A stretch of DNA of 64,000 nt from Phallusia mammillata (Eukaryota), in NCBI GenBank assembly GCA_965637545.1, contig OZ281500.1, positions 6,882,001 through 6,946,000 of the forward strand. Reading direction: 5' to 3'. The notes below the pieces were generated by a model. That model searched no databases, was not told the origin of the DNA, and saw nothing but the letters and a program-made list of their open reading frames with translations. Positions 24,501 to 35,082 of the stretch are shown here, piece after piece; within the stretch, counting starts at the first letter, position 1; every line of letters begins with the position of its first letter. Made by a program: the position numbers and the translations under genes.

Positions 24501-27500
24501 TAATCCTAAACCGCAACTTTTTCACCTTATTCAGATGTGGAAGACCAATAAGCCGTTCGATTGCTTGCATTAATACGTCATCGCGTTCGTACGTCAGCAT
24601 GACAATTGTAAATTGTTCTCTAGGTGAATTTCCGCCCAGTGACGACTGATAAACCTTGCCTGTTCCCCCCGTTCCTTCACCGATGGGCCGAAAACCGTTT
24701 GTGGAACCTGTCAGTCAAACAAGACGAATAATGTTATAGGCGCATTTAATTTGAGAAGCCTTTCAGCATTAATATGAATCTGTCTGTACAAGTAAAATAT
24801 TTACATCCAAAACCTTTTTACGTATTTACAAAGCAGCAGTTGAATCGCTCAAAAACTTTAAACGTTATTTACCGTTAGATTGTGTCCGATTAAACTTACA
24901 TACCTTTTCAGAAATTCTTGTCAGGTTTTCTTTTAACAATAAATCTTAACTTAAAAATTTCTCAAAAAATTTCCTTAAACAAATCAACTTTACTGTTGGG
25001 GAACTCAACAAAAAAAGGCTGTACCTATTGATTCAAAGAACCAACCTCAAAAGGTTCGGGTCGAAACCGAATCTAAAATCTCCTTTCTAAATGTTGTTTT
25101 TAACTGAACCTTGTGTTGTTGATGCAATGTAAACTCGTTTATGACGCTCTAAAATCACTTTTACAATGCGTAAGCCTAAATTTGTAATATTTTGCAGACC
25201 GTGGGTCGTTTCTTTAAATGTAACAATAAGGTAATTTATGATATGTCCGATTGGTGATATTAAATTTTTGGGCATTAATTTCATAAAATCAAAAAGTTCG
25301 GTTTCGGTCGAGTTTTCAAAAAAGTTCGGGCCGAAACCGAAATATTAGAAAAACGGCATATTCGGCATACCGAAACTTCGGTACATCACTAGTTTTAATC
25401 AAACAACAACTATACAATGCCAAATATCACCCTACCCATGAATTGAGCATCAGTAGGTAGAATCCGATCAGCAGGCAGGTAAGGATAAAGATTGAATGGA
25501 CCAGGTACGCTGTTCCACGTATCGCGGGAATCGATCGTTGCCATGGTGAAATTGCGAATAAACTTCGGCGAATCGATGCGAGGTTCGGGCGGAGGAATCC
25601 CAAACTCGGATTGCGCATCACCTGGCGACACCTCGTGGTTTTCAATCTTGAAGCTCTCGTGCTCGATGACGTCACTGCAAGTGGAATAGTTTTATGTTTT
25701 GGGTTATCTTTATGTTTGACGCAATGATATAAGATAAGCGTTCCCAAATTTTTTAAACAAAGGCCCGATTCAAGTTTAAAGAGCTCTTCTGGCATATGTA
25801 ATTTTATGCATTCAGTGTTATTTACCCTGATGAAGACGACCTGTATAGGACGTCGAAACGTCGGAATAAAATTACATTTGCCAGAAGAGCTCTTTAAAAT
25901 TGATACTATGAGCAGTAGCTTATATAAAGAGCCAGATTGCTAAATTTTGATAGCTGTAGGGGTCAGGTATCATTGCAAGATTTTTGACAAATACGATCAG
26001 TGGTGCAGTGGTTCGAGTCAGGATTTTGGGCATTTTTGGTTTTGTGTAAGTTCAGCAAGGCATGTTATCAGAAATATATATGGGTTACAACAGTGGTTCT
26101 CAAACTTTTAAGGCATGCGACGCATTAATGAACAACAATTTCCGTCCGTAGCACACTTCACAGTGAAAAAAAAAAAATTGTTCAAAGAATGTTAATTTTC
26201 AACTTCATTGTGGTGGGTAGGGATAATTTTTATTACCAATAACAAAAACATGATGTTAAACAACATCATTTATTGATCAAGTCATTAAACACCAGATAAT
26301 GTTTGCACTTTAAATTAGAAAATATTTCGCGGCACACAGTTTGAGAATCACTGGGTTACAAGGAGATCTTGGTGGGCAATAGTTTGAAAGGTTCCATTTG
26401 AAGACTTAAATGTCTCAAAATTATTTTTATTTAGATTTATAAAATGTTTAAATGCTTAAAAATCACCAAAAGTGTACCTTGGTTCGTCCAGCACGGGTAA
26501 GGGTGGTATCTGAAGTCTGGACCTAACAACTGCCAAGATCGAATCGACGACAGCATAGGGTGATGAAAAGTAGGTGTCGTATATGAAGCGAGCTTGTCTG
26601 CGCATAGACAGTATTTCAGCGTGCGGGGTGTTGGAAAGAAGAAAGCTGAGTTCGGTAATTCGAGCCTGAAAAAAATACATATAGCGAAATTTGTGGCAAT
26701 ACTAACGTCAAATTAGTACAACACAGAACTATAACGTTTACGCAAAAATGGAGTATTTGGTGTTATTATAACAGAGCCAAATCAAACCTGTGGTATAATT
26801 ATGGCTGCTTTTTCCCAAGCAACAAACTCGTCAAATGGAAGCACTGCATGCGTTCCCAAGACAACGGGGACAGCCCCGGAGCGTATTGCTTCAGTGAGTC
26901 TGATCACAAAGATTGAAGTCGTGGTCACGACCGATGGTTGCTCGGGTGCCGAAATCAGTGTGAAAGTTGACTGCGCAAGGACGAGGCTGCGTGAAGCAAA
27001 GTTTCCACATAAGGCCCACTCGGAACTGTAGATAAAATATTTGGTTAGCAATAGGGATGTGCCAAAACTGCAAATGTTCTGTTTGGTCGAGCACGCTCGG
27101 TACATTATGACGTCCCAAAAAATCTCCTTTCTGCGTTTTAGCTCTACAAGGTCTCTTACGTCACCGGCGGTGTTTTATTAAGCTGTACATGCCCATAAAA
27201 TACGCGTTTTTCCTTCATCTAGTACATTTGAAAAATCATTCGTTTTTGTTCATAGACACCCATTAGAACACTAGTTACGTATGTTAGCAGCGCATGAATA
27301 TGCAAACATAACGCTTGGGCCAGTTGGTGAAACTGCTCGGCCGAGCACAGAGCATAAAAAACAGCGATGCTCAGTACCGAGTACTCGGGTTCTGGCTCGG
27401 GTCGGCCCATCCCTAGTTAGCAATATCACCAGTGGTACGTAAGTATCTTTCCGCTATGCTTAATTCAAGTCAGAACAGGCCTAGCTCAGTGTTTAGGTGT

Positions 27501-30500
27501 TTCAACAGTAAAAAAAATTCAGGTGGTTCGCGATCATAATAAATATTGAGAACCAATGCGTTACACTATGTAAACTGTTCATTGTAGCAGTGGTTGACCA
27601 CTTTATCTGGTTGTCTACTATTTGAGGGTCTCAGAACTTTTATCGCGTACCGCTTTTTTACAAAACCAAATCGTCAAGTAAAAAAGAGACTGACAATGCA
27701 AAAAGTCTGCACATAAGGCACATAATTAAAATGGCGGTAAACACGCAGTGAAAAAAGGAAACGTTGTAGCGTTGTATCCAGTAACTTACAGAGGAAAAAA
27801 CTGGATAGGACCGAAACAGAAAGCTACGGATATAGAATTTTGTGAAAACAAAGGAATCCTCGCGTGCCAGCTGGAGTACTTTTATTAGCACTTTTGTTAG
27901 GCATACAACAGGTAAAAATAGGAACCTAAACCCATGCAAACGCGTTTGTTTCGGTAAACTTAATCAATACAGACATGCCAGACGGTTTCACTGTTAAGAA
28001 ACTTTCAATAGGTCTTGTTTGACAGTGATTTCCTGCCTGAAAATCAATTGTCTCGGCTATACTGCAATGAAACTTTTTGAAACGTCATATATGCAGGTTA
28101 CAATGTTCCTTAATACGTTTTACTTATTGCTGTATCCTTGAGTAGAAAATAGTAATTGCAAAGTTTGCTAACATTAATTGATCAAAGCGTTTTACCAAAA
28201 AACGTCTTGTGTTATTTGTTTAACGTAAGGAGTTTAAAATAGTATCAAACCTGTATCCAGGGGTAACCAAGCGGTCCTCGGTGCACTTAAGTTGAACAAG
28301 GTATTTTCCATGTAAGTTGGAATTCAGCTCCTTACTCAAACTGTCGACGAATACTTGATGAAAAGTCTGGTCGCCACCAATGTTCACTCGTTTAAAATCG
28401 CCTGTTAAAAATTATAGGAGATGTCATTGACATGTTTACCATAATTTCGGCAAAGCGATAAATTGTAACAAAAAAAAAACATTAAGAAAATGATTTCCAA
28501 GGAACAGAATCAGTCAATGAATTTAAAACATATACGCGTATATTTCGCCTAACTGTCATCTTCAGTTTCATATTCAAATATATCCATAAAAGGCTGTTGA
28601 GTTTCTTTGGTTAGGATTCCTTGGTAAACGAAACCAGCCGTGTACAGTCAAGAAAAGTGCAGCACAAATGCCTAATGCAACAATTAATTTAGTCTTACAA
28701 TAAAACTTACCTTCTGGGTCTTCGATTGCTATTTGAGTGTTTCCTGCTGGCTCCCATTGGCCTTGGAACGAAAGCATGTATTTGCGCATGGCGGGGACCT
28801 GCGTAAAACATCGCACAGTTTAACTAGGAGTTCCAGCCTAACATTGAAGCGAACGTGTTTATACCTGAACTGGAATGTCCTCGTCCACCCACGATCTGCT
28901 ATCATCTAACCACTTGTCGTTGTCTGATTGGTCAACCTCCTGCTCAGACGTTTGTGGTTTTTGAACTAAACGGTAAAAATATAGGTTACCCACAGCGTAC
29001 GTCAAACCCCTAAAAATGTACCACAGCCATTTTTGAATCAACTATTCCCAGATTTTATTTGGTAAGGATAACATACTGCAAGTTTTGGCCTCAAATTAAA
29101 AGTAGTTTATAATTTCAGCTTTTTCGGTGTTTATTATGCTCAGCCAGCCCCAAGACAAGCTAACAAACATAATTCGAAAGATTGCTGGAATTTCCCCATG
29201 AAAAACTGCCAAAAAGCTAATTTTAACACACACCTGAACCAGAAACGGCCAAAGTTGGAATAACCAAATCGAATCCCGGTCGAAATTGAGTTGGTGCGAA
29301 GTTAGATTGAGCGATCATTGCTCTGCCAGTGTCCACACCCAGCAGTGGATTTTGGGCTGTCGATCTTCGCGTCAAGGATAAAAGTATGTGATTTCGGCCA
29401 TCGCCATGCCAGTGAGACAAGGACTGGAGCCAGTTCGTTACCCTTGATGCTTCTATTTTTGTGGGTGCGTTAGCTGAAAATTGAACGGAAATACAGATAA
29501 CGCAATGTATTTCAATTTTTAGCTAGATAACGCAATACAATTTACTTCCCGAAAACAATGGGTATTATTTATTTAGGAGAAAAAAAATAGTTAGAACAAC
29601 CAGTTTCAGGTACAGCACATCACCTTTTTTGTGAGGATGGTATGAAAATCATGTTTTACTGATTAAGTTTTAAATCACACAATATTTTGCTTTTAAACAG
29701 TTTGGAATACCACTCTACAAATGCCTTTGTCACCAAACAAACATGCAAGCCTATGCATGTTTAAAATAAATGTGACCATCATACCTTTTTTTGCAGGTAA
29801 AGAATTGATATGTACCATTGCTTCAATTGATAAAATTAGTATGAAATTTATTTCAAAACTTACCACCTTCTGCTGTCTCAACTTCACCCAGTCTGACAAC
29901 AAATATACATGCTGAGTTGGGGTCATGTGTAACATAAGCATTCTTTCCAAATGCACTTTCAGTGGCACCGATAATAAATGATGTAACATCGAAAAGAATG
30001 ATATCTAAAACATTGAAAAGTTTAAATAAATTGCAAGGTTTGTGTATCGCTACAATTTTATTCAGTAGAAATCAGGCCTCACCACCAGGTTTTTTTTAAG
30101 GTTTGGTTTGGGTGACTGCTAAGTAGTTTTAAGAGACCGCAAGTGTTTCATTTAAATACCAAAAATAGCCATATATTTGCAAGTCCAAATTTTGGGAAAC
30201 CGCTGGAGAAATTTAAAACACCTTAAAAAAACACTGCTCACCACTTTTATCTTGATTTCGTTTTTGTGGATAAACATAAACTGGAAATTGAGAAAACAGT
30301 GAACAGCGGGAATAGTCAAAGCAATTGTGCATATGGCATCTGGAAACAAGATGTAACTAGAAGCCATTGTAAAAAAACTAAGTGACATAATAAAATCAAC
30401 AATTATGATGTAAAATTAATGTTAAAAATTAAAAAGATACACATTTTATTATCACTAAAGAACTATCTAGTGAAATTTTTAAAATCATAATACTGTACTA

Positions 30501-31983
30501 CTAATACAAATCACACAAAAGCAGCCATATAAAAGCAGAAACTATGCAATGTATAAATTCAAACAATGATAGCAGGTTTAGTACCAAGTACAAATCATGA
30601 ATGTTGTCTGCAAACTGAAAATTAACTGTACAGTTTGTTTTACTTCGTACCTGTAATAATGTGTTGGTGTGGGCAAAATAATATTGTCAGTCTCACTGGC
30701 CACAATGCGAGCAGGAGCAGCAATCTTGGGTTTGGCTGCTTCTCGTTGTTCATTTTTTAGCTAAAATTTTAGAAACAACAAATAAGTTTTGTTCACTGAT
30801 ACACATACATTGTTGAAGCAGTGTGCACTGTCTGCAAATATATTTAAATTTCTGCATTATTTTGGCAGAACTACTCATGTACATAAAGATTAGTCACCTG
30901 AATGATCTGTCTCTTTAAAACATCCAGTTCATTCTGTGCTTTTTTCGACATCTGCTCAATAGAATTTAACCTTCCTTGGTGGGTAGATATATCATCCTGT
31001 ACAGCAATTTTTTGGCATTTAATTACATAATACCCAAGTAGTGTAATACTAACATGCCTGCATTTGATTACGCTTGTGCTCTAAATCGCGCAGTTCAATT
31101 GAAACTGACTTCTTTATCCTCTTCAAATCTTTTATGTGTTTGAGGTCCCTTAACCTGAAGGTAAAAAACAAATGGAAAAAAAATCAATTACTGGTTAAAC
31201 ATTAATACTCATGGAAAAATGGAAATACCTGTAAGATGTATCTGCAGGCAGCAAACTTGGTTGTGACTCATTGGGCAACACATTCAAAAAGTGATTCGTT
31301 ATGTAGTGGAATAACAAAAATATTATGAGAAACGAAACAGCTACTCTCGATAGCCGCACCCCAACCAAACATCTGTAAAGGACAGTTTCTCATTCATATT
31401 TAGACCTTTGCTATTCTACAAATATAATTGCTTCTTAAAATTTTCGAACACAGTCGGATATATATTTAAAATTTTACAAGCAATAAACACCTTCTAAATA
31501 AACAAAACAATTGTTTTTATTAAGATCTCTTTATAAGAGCGGCATAGACATCAGAGGTGTACACGAGCCGGAGTACCGGAGTGTCCTGAGCCGGATTTTG
31601 CCAAAATTTGCCGGAGTCTAACCGGAGCCGGAGTTTATGTTTTGTCTGGCCTGCCGGAGCAGGAGCCGGATCCGGAGTTCATTTTGCGTTTTATTATTGC
31701 TTCATTGAAACAACAATTGTTTGTTATACCGGAGTATTATCAGGAGTCGGAGTTTGATTTTGCGCTATTTATCAGGAGCCGGAGTGGAGTCGGAGTCATT
31801 TTTGTCGGACCCGGAGTGGAGTCAGGGTCTAAAAGATCAGACTCTGTACACCTCTGATAGACATTAAACATAATGTATTGACTAAAATTACCTTTTAAAT
31901 CTTTGTCCGATTTCAGAACCTACATGTTCAAAACGTGTATCGCCAGGACATATTTGTGTCCCGTAACTTCGATTTGTCGCCAT
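21589..31983 (-). CDS. EXTL3: Exostosin-like 3 (heparan sulfate GlcNAc transferase; GT47 + GT64), multi-exon
   Basis: Start MATNRSYG at 31983, TM exon [20 protein letters not shown], then a coiled coil. Conserved segments [74 protein letters not shown], and C-terminus [13 protein letters not shown]...[17 protein letters not shown] are nearly identical to vertebrate EXTL3. Confidence 0.97.
23668..24050. mobile_element. hAT-type MITE in EXTL3 intron
   Basis: TIR CAGGGTTG(T/C)CAT / ATGGCAACCCTG, 8-bp TSD TATATAGC, repeated subterminal AATAAGGAC motifs. Confidence 0.88.
24058..24194. mobile_element. Inverted pair of decayed hammerhead-bearing (Penelope-like) repeats
   Basis: Arms 24058-~24110 and ~24140-24194 are imperfect reverse complements. 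Their merged consensus is GCUGCA-CUGAC(G)A-UGACCUUAUAGGUC-GAAAC-AGUGUGCACU-GUC-UGCAGC. Confidence 0.55.
25050..25391. mobile_element. Truncated MITE with TTCGG/CCGAA repeats and a CATCACTA end
   Basis: Clustered GTTCGG/CCGAAAC motifs at 25050-25075 and 25296-25381, ending ...GTACATCACTA. No left end or TSD found. Confidence 0.45.
25818..25868 (+). ncRNA. Type I hammerhead ribozyme motif (minimal, Penelope-type), intact core
   Basis: CUGAUGA 25827-25833, stem II GACG-A-CCU[GUAU]AGG-A-CGUC, GAAAC 25855-25859, GUC cleavage triplet ending 25862, stem I UUAUU..CC/GGAAUAA. Confidence 0.75.
26091..26353. mobile_element. hAT-type MITE in EXTL3 intron
   Basis: TIR CAGTGGTTCTCAAACT / AGTTTGAGAATCACTG, 8-bp TSD GGTTACAA. 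Confidence 0.88.
28518..28576 (-). ncRNA. Type I hammerhead ribozyme motif with non-cleavable G at position 17
   Basis: Minus strand UGAAUAUGAAA-CUGAAGA-UGACAGUUAGGC-GAAA-UAUACGCGUAUA-UG-UUUUAAAUUCA. 11-position stem I with one A-A mismatch, palindromic stem III, triplet AUG. Confidence 0.65.
31552..31856. mobile_element. hAT-type MITE with GGAGYC repeats in the first EXTL3 coding intron
   Basis: TIR CAGAGGTGTACA / TGTACACCTCTG, 8-bp TSD ATAGACAT, internal CCGGAG/TCGGAG arrays. Confidence 0.9.
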
Positions 31984-33719
31984 AGGAAAGCTAAAATAAC
32001 GTCGTACTAGTCGCAAAAAAAGTCAACACATGCTTGACCACAAACCAACTTGTCAGCATAGCAGCAATGGAAACACATTGATAGCAATAGTAATTTAAAT
32101 GAACAGCCTTAAATATATCAAAGACAATCAGTGTTCAGTGTCACTTTTTTCAACAAAACCAATAAACCGTGACAAAGTGGTCAAGCAAAACCAACACTTC
32201 AATAGCAGTAACATCATGGTATACGAGAAAATTGTATGACCAAGGTCTATCTATCAAATACTTTTGACTATGGCAACATGGTACACATCAGATAAAGTTT
32301 GCTAAATATAGATAAATGATTTGTCTTTACTGTTGTATATTGTAGGTAAAATACAGCATATATATATAAAGTTTTATAGTATCTATGAGTATCAATATAG
32401 TGTAAGGGGCCATAGAAATCGTATTTTTGTTTCTGTTTGTGTGGATGTTTTCGTTTTTATTTATACCATGCTTGTCTTTAAAATTAATGTGAACTTTATC
32501 TCTCAGTCATCTTTTATTGTGCCGATCTAATATAGTGTTTCAAACAAGTCCAAAGAACGCAATACCACGTTAAAAATCATAGTACTGTATTCAACTGTTT
32601 GTGGATACAGCATGAGCGAGTGTTGCAGGTTTTGATTTTTTCAACAAACTGTTCGTAAAAAACGCAACCTTAAACAATCGCCTTTTAGGATTTGTGTTTA
32701 TAACTTGCAAACAAACCGTGCTTAACTGTGGTGAAAATGTTTCTTGTGCTTTATACCAAATAAACAAATCCAACTGTTTGAGCCGAGAGTAGCCTAGCCT
32801 ACACAAGGCAAAGTACACCAGAAAGCGATATTTTAGCTTACATTCTTCATTGGTGGCAAGGAAATTTGGAAAAGACCAGGAAACATGTGTCAGTCAGCAT
32901 GAAAGTCATAAAAGGCAATGGCAGCGCAACATTAGGGTATCATTATGTGAAACAAATTTTGTCTTATAAATTTAAGTCACCAAAGTAGTGTTTTCTCGAT
33001 TAACATGACTGTATGAAAGGTGAGTTGAGTTTAATTCGCTTGGTAAAAGATAACACAGCGACACAATAGCACTAAAACAATCACCAAGCCGGAACTATAG
33101 CTGAGAAACGTGAAAAGTTGTGGAGCGCAAAAAAATTGGACTAGCACAATTTTTTTACCAAGTCCAAATCCAAATCCGACTTTATTATTTTTTCGGTATT
33201 CAATCAATCTTTTTTTGGTAGCCCATACAGTCTTTTGCTCTTAACAATGCTGAAGTTTTTATGATATTCCATATTTATACATGTCTTTGTGGCTCTAACG
33301 CATTTCGACGTTCATATTTTTTATTGCTTTTAATAGGTAAAATCGTTGAAATAGGTACGATTTTATTTTCTGATAGGTAAATCGTTGTGGACACAAACCT
33401 CGTGCCAAACGTCAGGCTGACCAGGTCAGTCTTCTTTTGGGCGGGTGCTGATAACACGTTTACTGCAATGTGCATATTTGTCTCGAGATTCCACGGCTGA
33501 AAATTTCTAAACTACTTTTACATTTGGGCCAAATAGACGTAAAAAGTGACATGCTTATTGTTTAGAGCAGTGCTTGTCAACCTTTTTTGAAGCGGTACAC
33601 CCTTTTAACGTTCACTCAAAATTTGTACACCCCAGTGAAAAATTTATTCAACCCTGTAACACACTGAATCTGTGGTCCGTACAGAAATAATGATGAGCAA
33701 AATACCAACAAGCCATAAT

Positions 33720-33978
33720 CATGGGCGCCGCCACGTAGGGGCAAGAGGGGGCACTTGCCCCCCCTTGGAATTTCAGTGTACCTCAATTTAACATATTTAG
33801 CAGCAAACCTAATTCAATTGGCAGCGCGGGGATTTGTGACATCGTTCAATGCTTTAACTTTTAGGCAACTCAATTGTGAAGTACACGATTTATGGCTTCA
33901 TATGTAACAAATTCTTGATGCGGTAAAGTATCAGCCAAAATTTGCCCCCTCTTGCAAAAGTTTCTGCCGGCGCCCATG
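33720..33978. mobile_element. MITE with CATGGGCGCCG termini, apparently nested in an older CAGTG-type element starting at 33568
   Basis: TIR CATGGGCGCCG / CGGCGCCCATG, TSD GCCATAAT/GCCACAAT (1 mismatch). Related fragment at ~37636. Confidence 0.75.
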
Positions 33979-35082
33979 GCCACAATCCATAATTCACTTT
34001 CTACTTAAAAAATAAACTACCATTAACAACGATTATGAAGTGAAATATTAAACTATGACGTCACAAATATAGTTTTGTAGCTTAAAATCTACGTACACTT
34101 GAGGTGCATGTTGTGCCATATATTGTACACTCCAGTCAGTCTGTTCTAAAACTTAAACCTGCCTATTGTGATACCTAATCATAGGTATATTATATTTTGT
34201 ATCTGGTACACCCCATCAAAGTGATACACCCTTTCAAAATTATGGGTTCGGAGCATCGCAGCCTAAATACTTGTCGAACTTAAAGTGCAAAAATAATTTC
34301 GCAACAGTTGCGCATGTTTATGTGAAGCATGATTCCTTTACCTAAAGCTTTTATTTCTGTTTACCAATAAAAAGTAGTAGAGCAAATTTTCAAATTGGAA
34401 ACCCCTCCTTACAAAATGTTGATGCATTCAAGCATATTTCAAAATGGCATTGGTGTGCGTGGTATTCCTTACTAGACCATTGGCCAGAGTTGGATTAACT
34501 ATTAGGCATAGTAAAGACGTTAGCTTGAAGGAAAAGGGGCACCACACAAACCTTTTATAACCGAATTATCAGTTGTTTCTTAGAAATTGAATGTACAGCC
34601 GAGAGTTTTCCAGCGTGTATATTCATGCGAAACAATGCTTCTTAAAAGCTAATAATACTTTGTTAAAAGGGCCGGATGTTTTAAATACTTTATGTTTTAT
34701 AACTTATTTGAAACAAAACTGCGCAGTGGCGCACTCTGATCTGAAGTGGACTACTTATGACGTCGAGAACAAACTCATAGAAATCGTAATTTTCGGTCTT
34801 TTATGAAGTCAACGTGTGTTCGTGTGGCAGATTTTGTTTTTTAGTTAATAATCAGCTCCCAAAACGTAAGTTTTTAGAGCTTTTTATGAAAGAAATTTAT
34901 GTTTACTTTCGGCAAAGTTAATATTTGTATGAATGACACCAAAATATCCAACAAAATATGTCTTAAGCAGATATGGTTTTGTTGTGTTTTAATTGATCAA
35001 ACATGAACATCCATAATTTCATATCATCCGTACTACAACTTTGGTTTGGCTAATGTTTTTGATGTTTTTTTAGGACCCAGCA

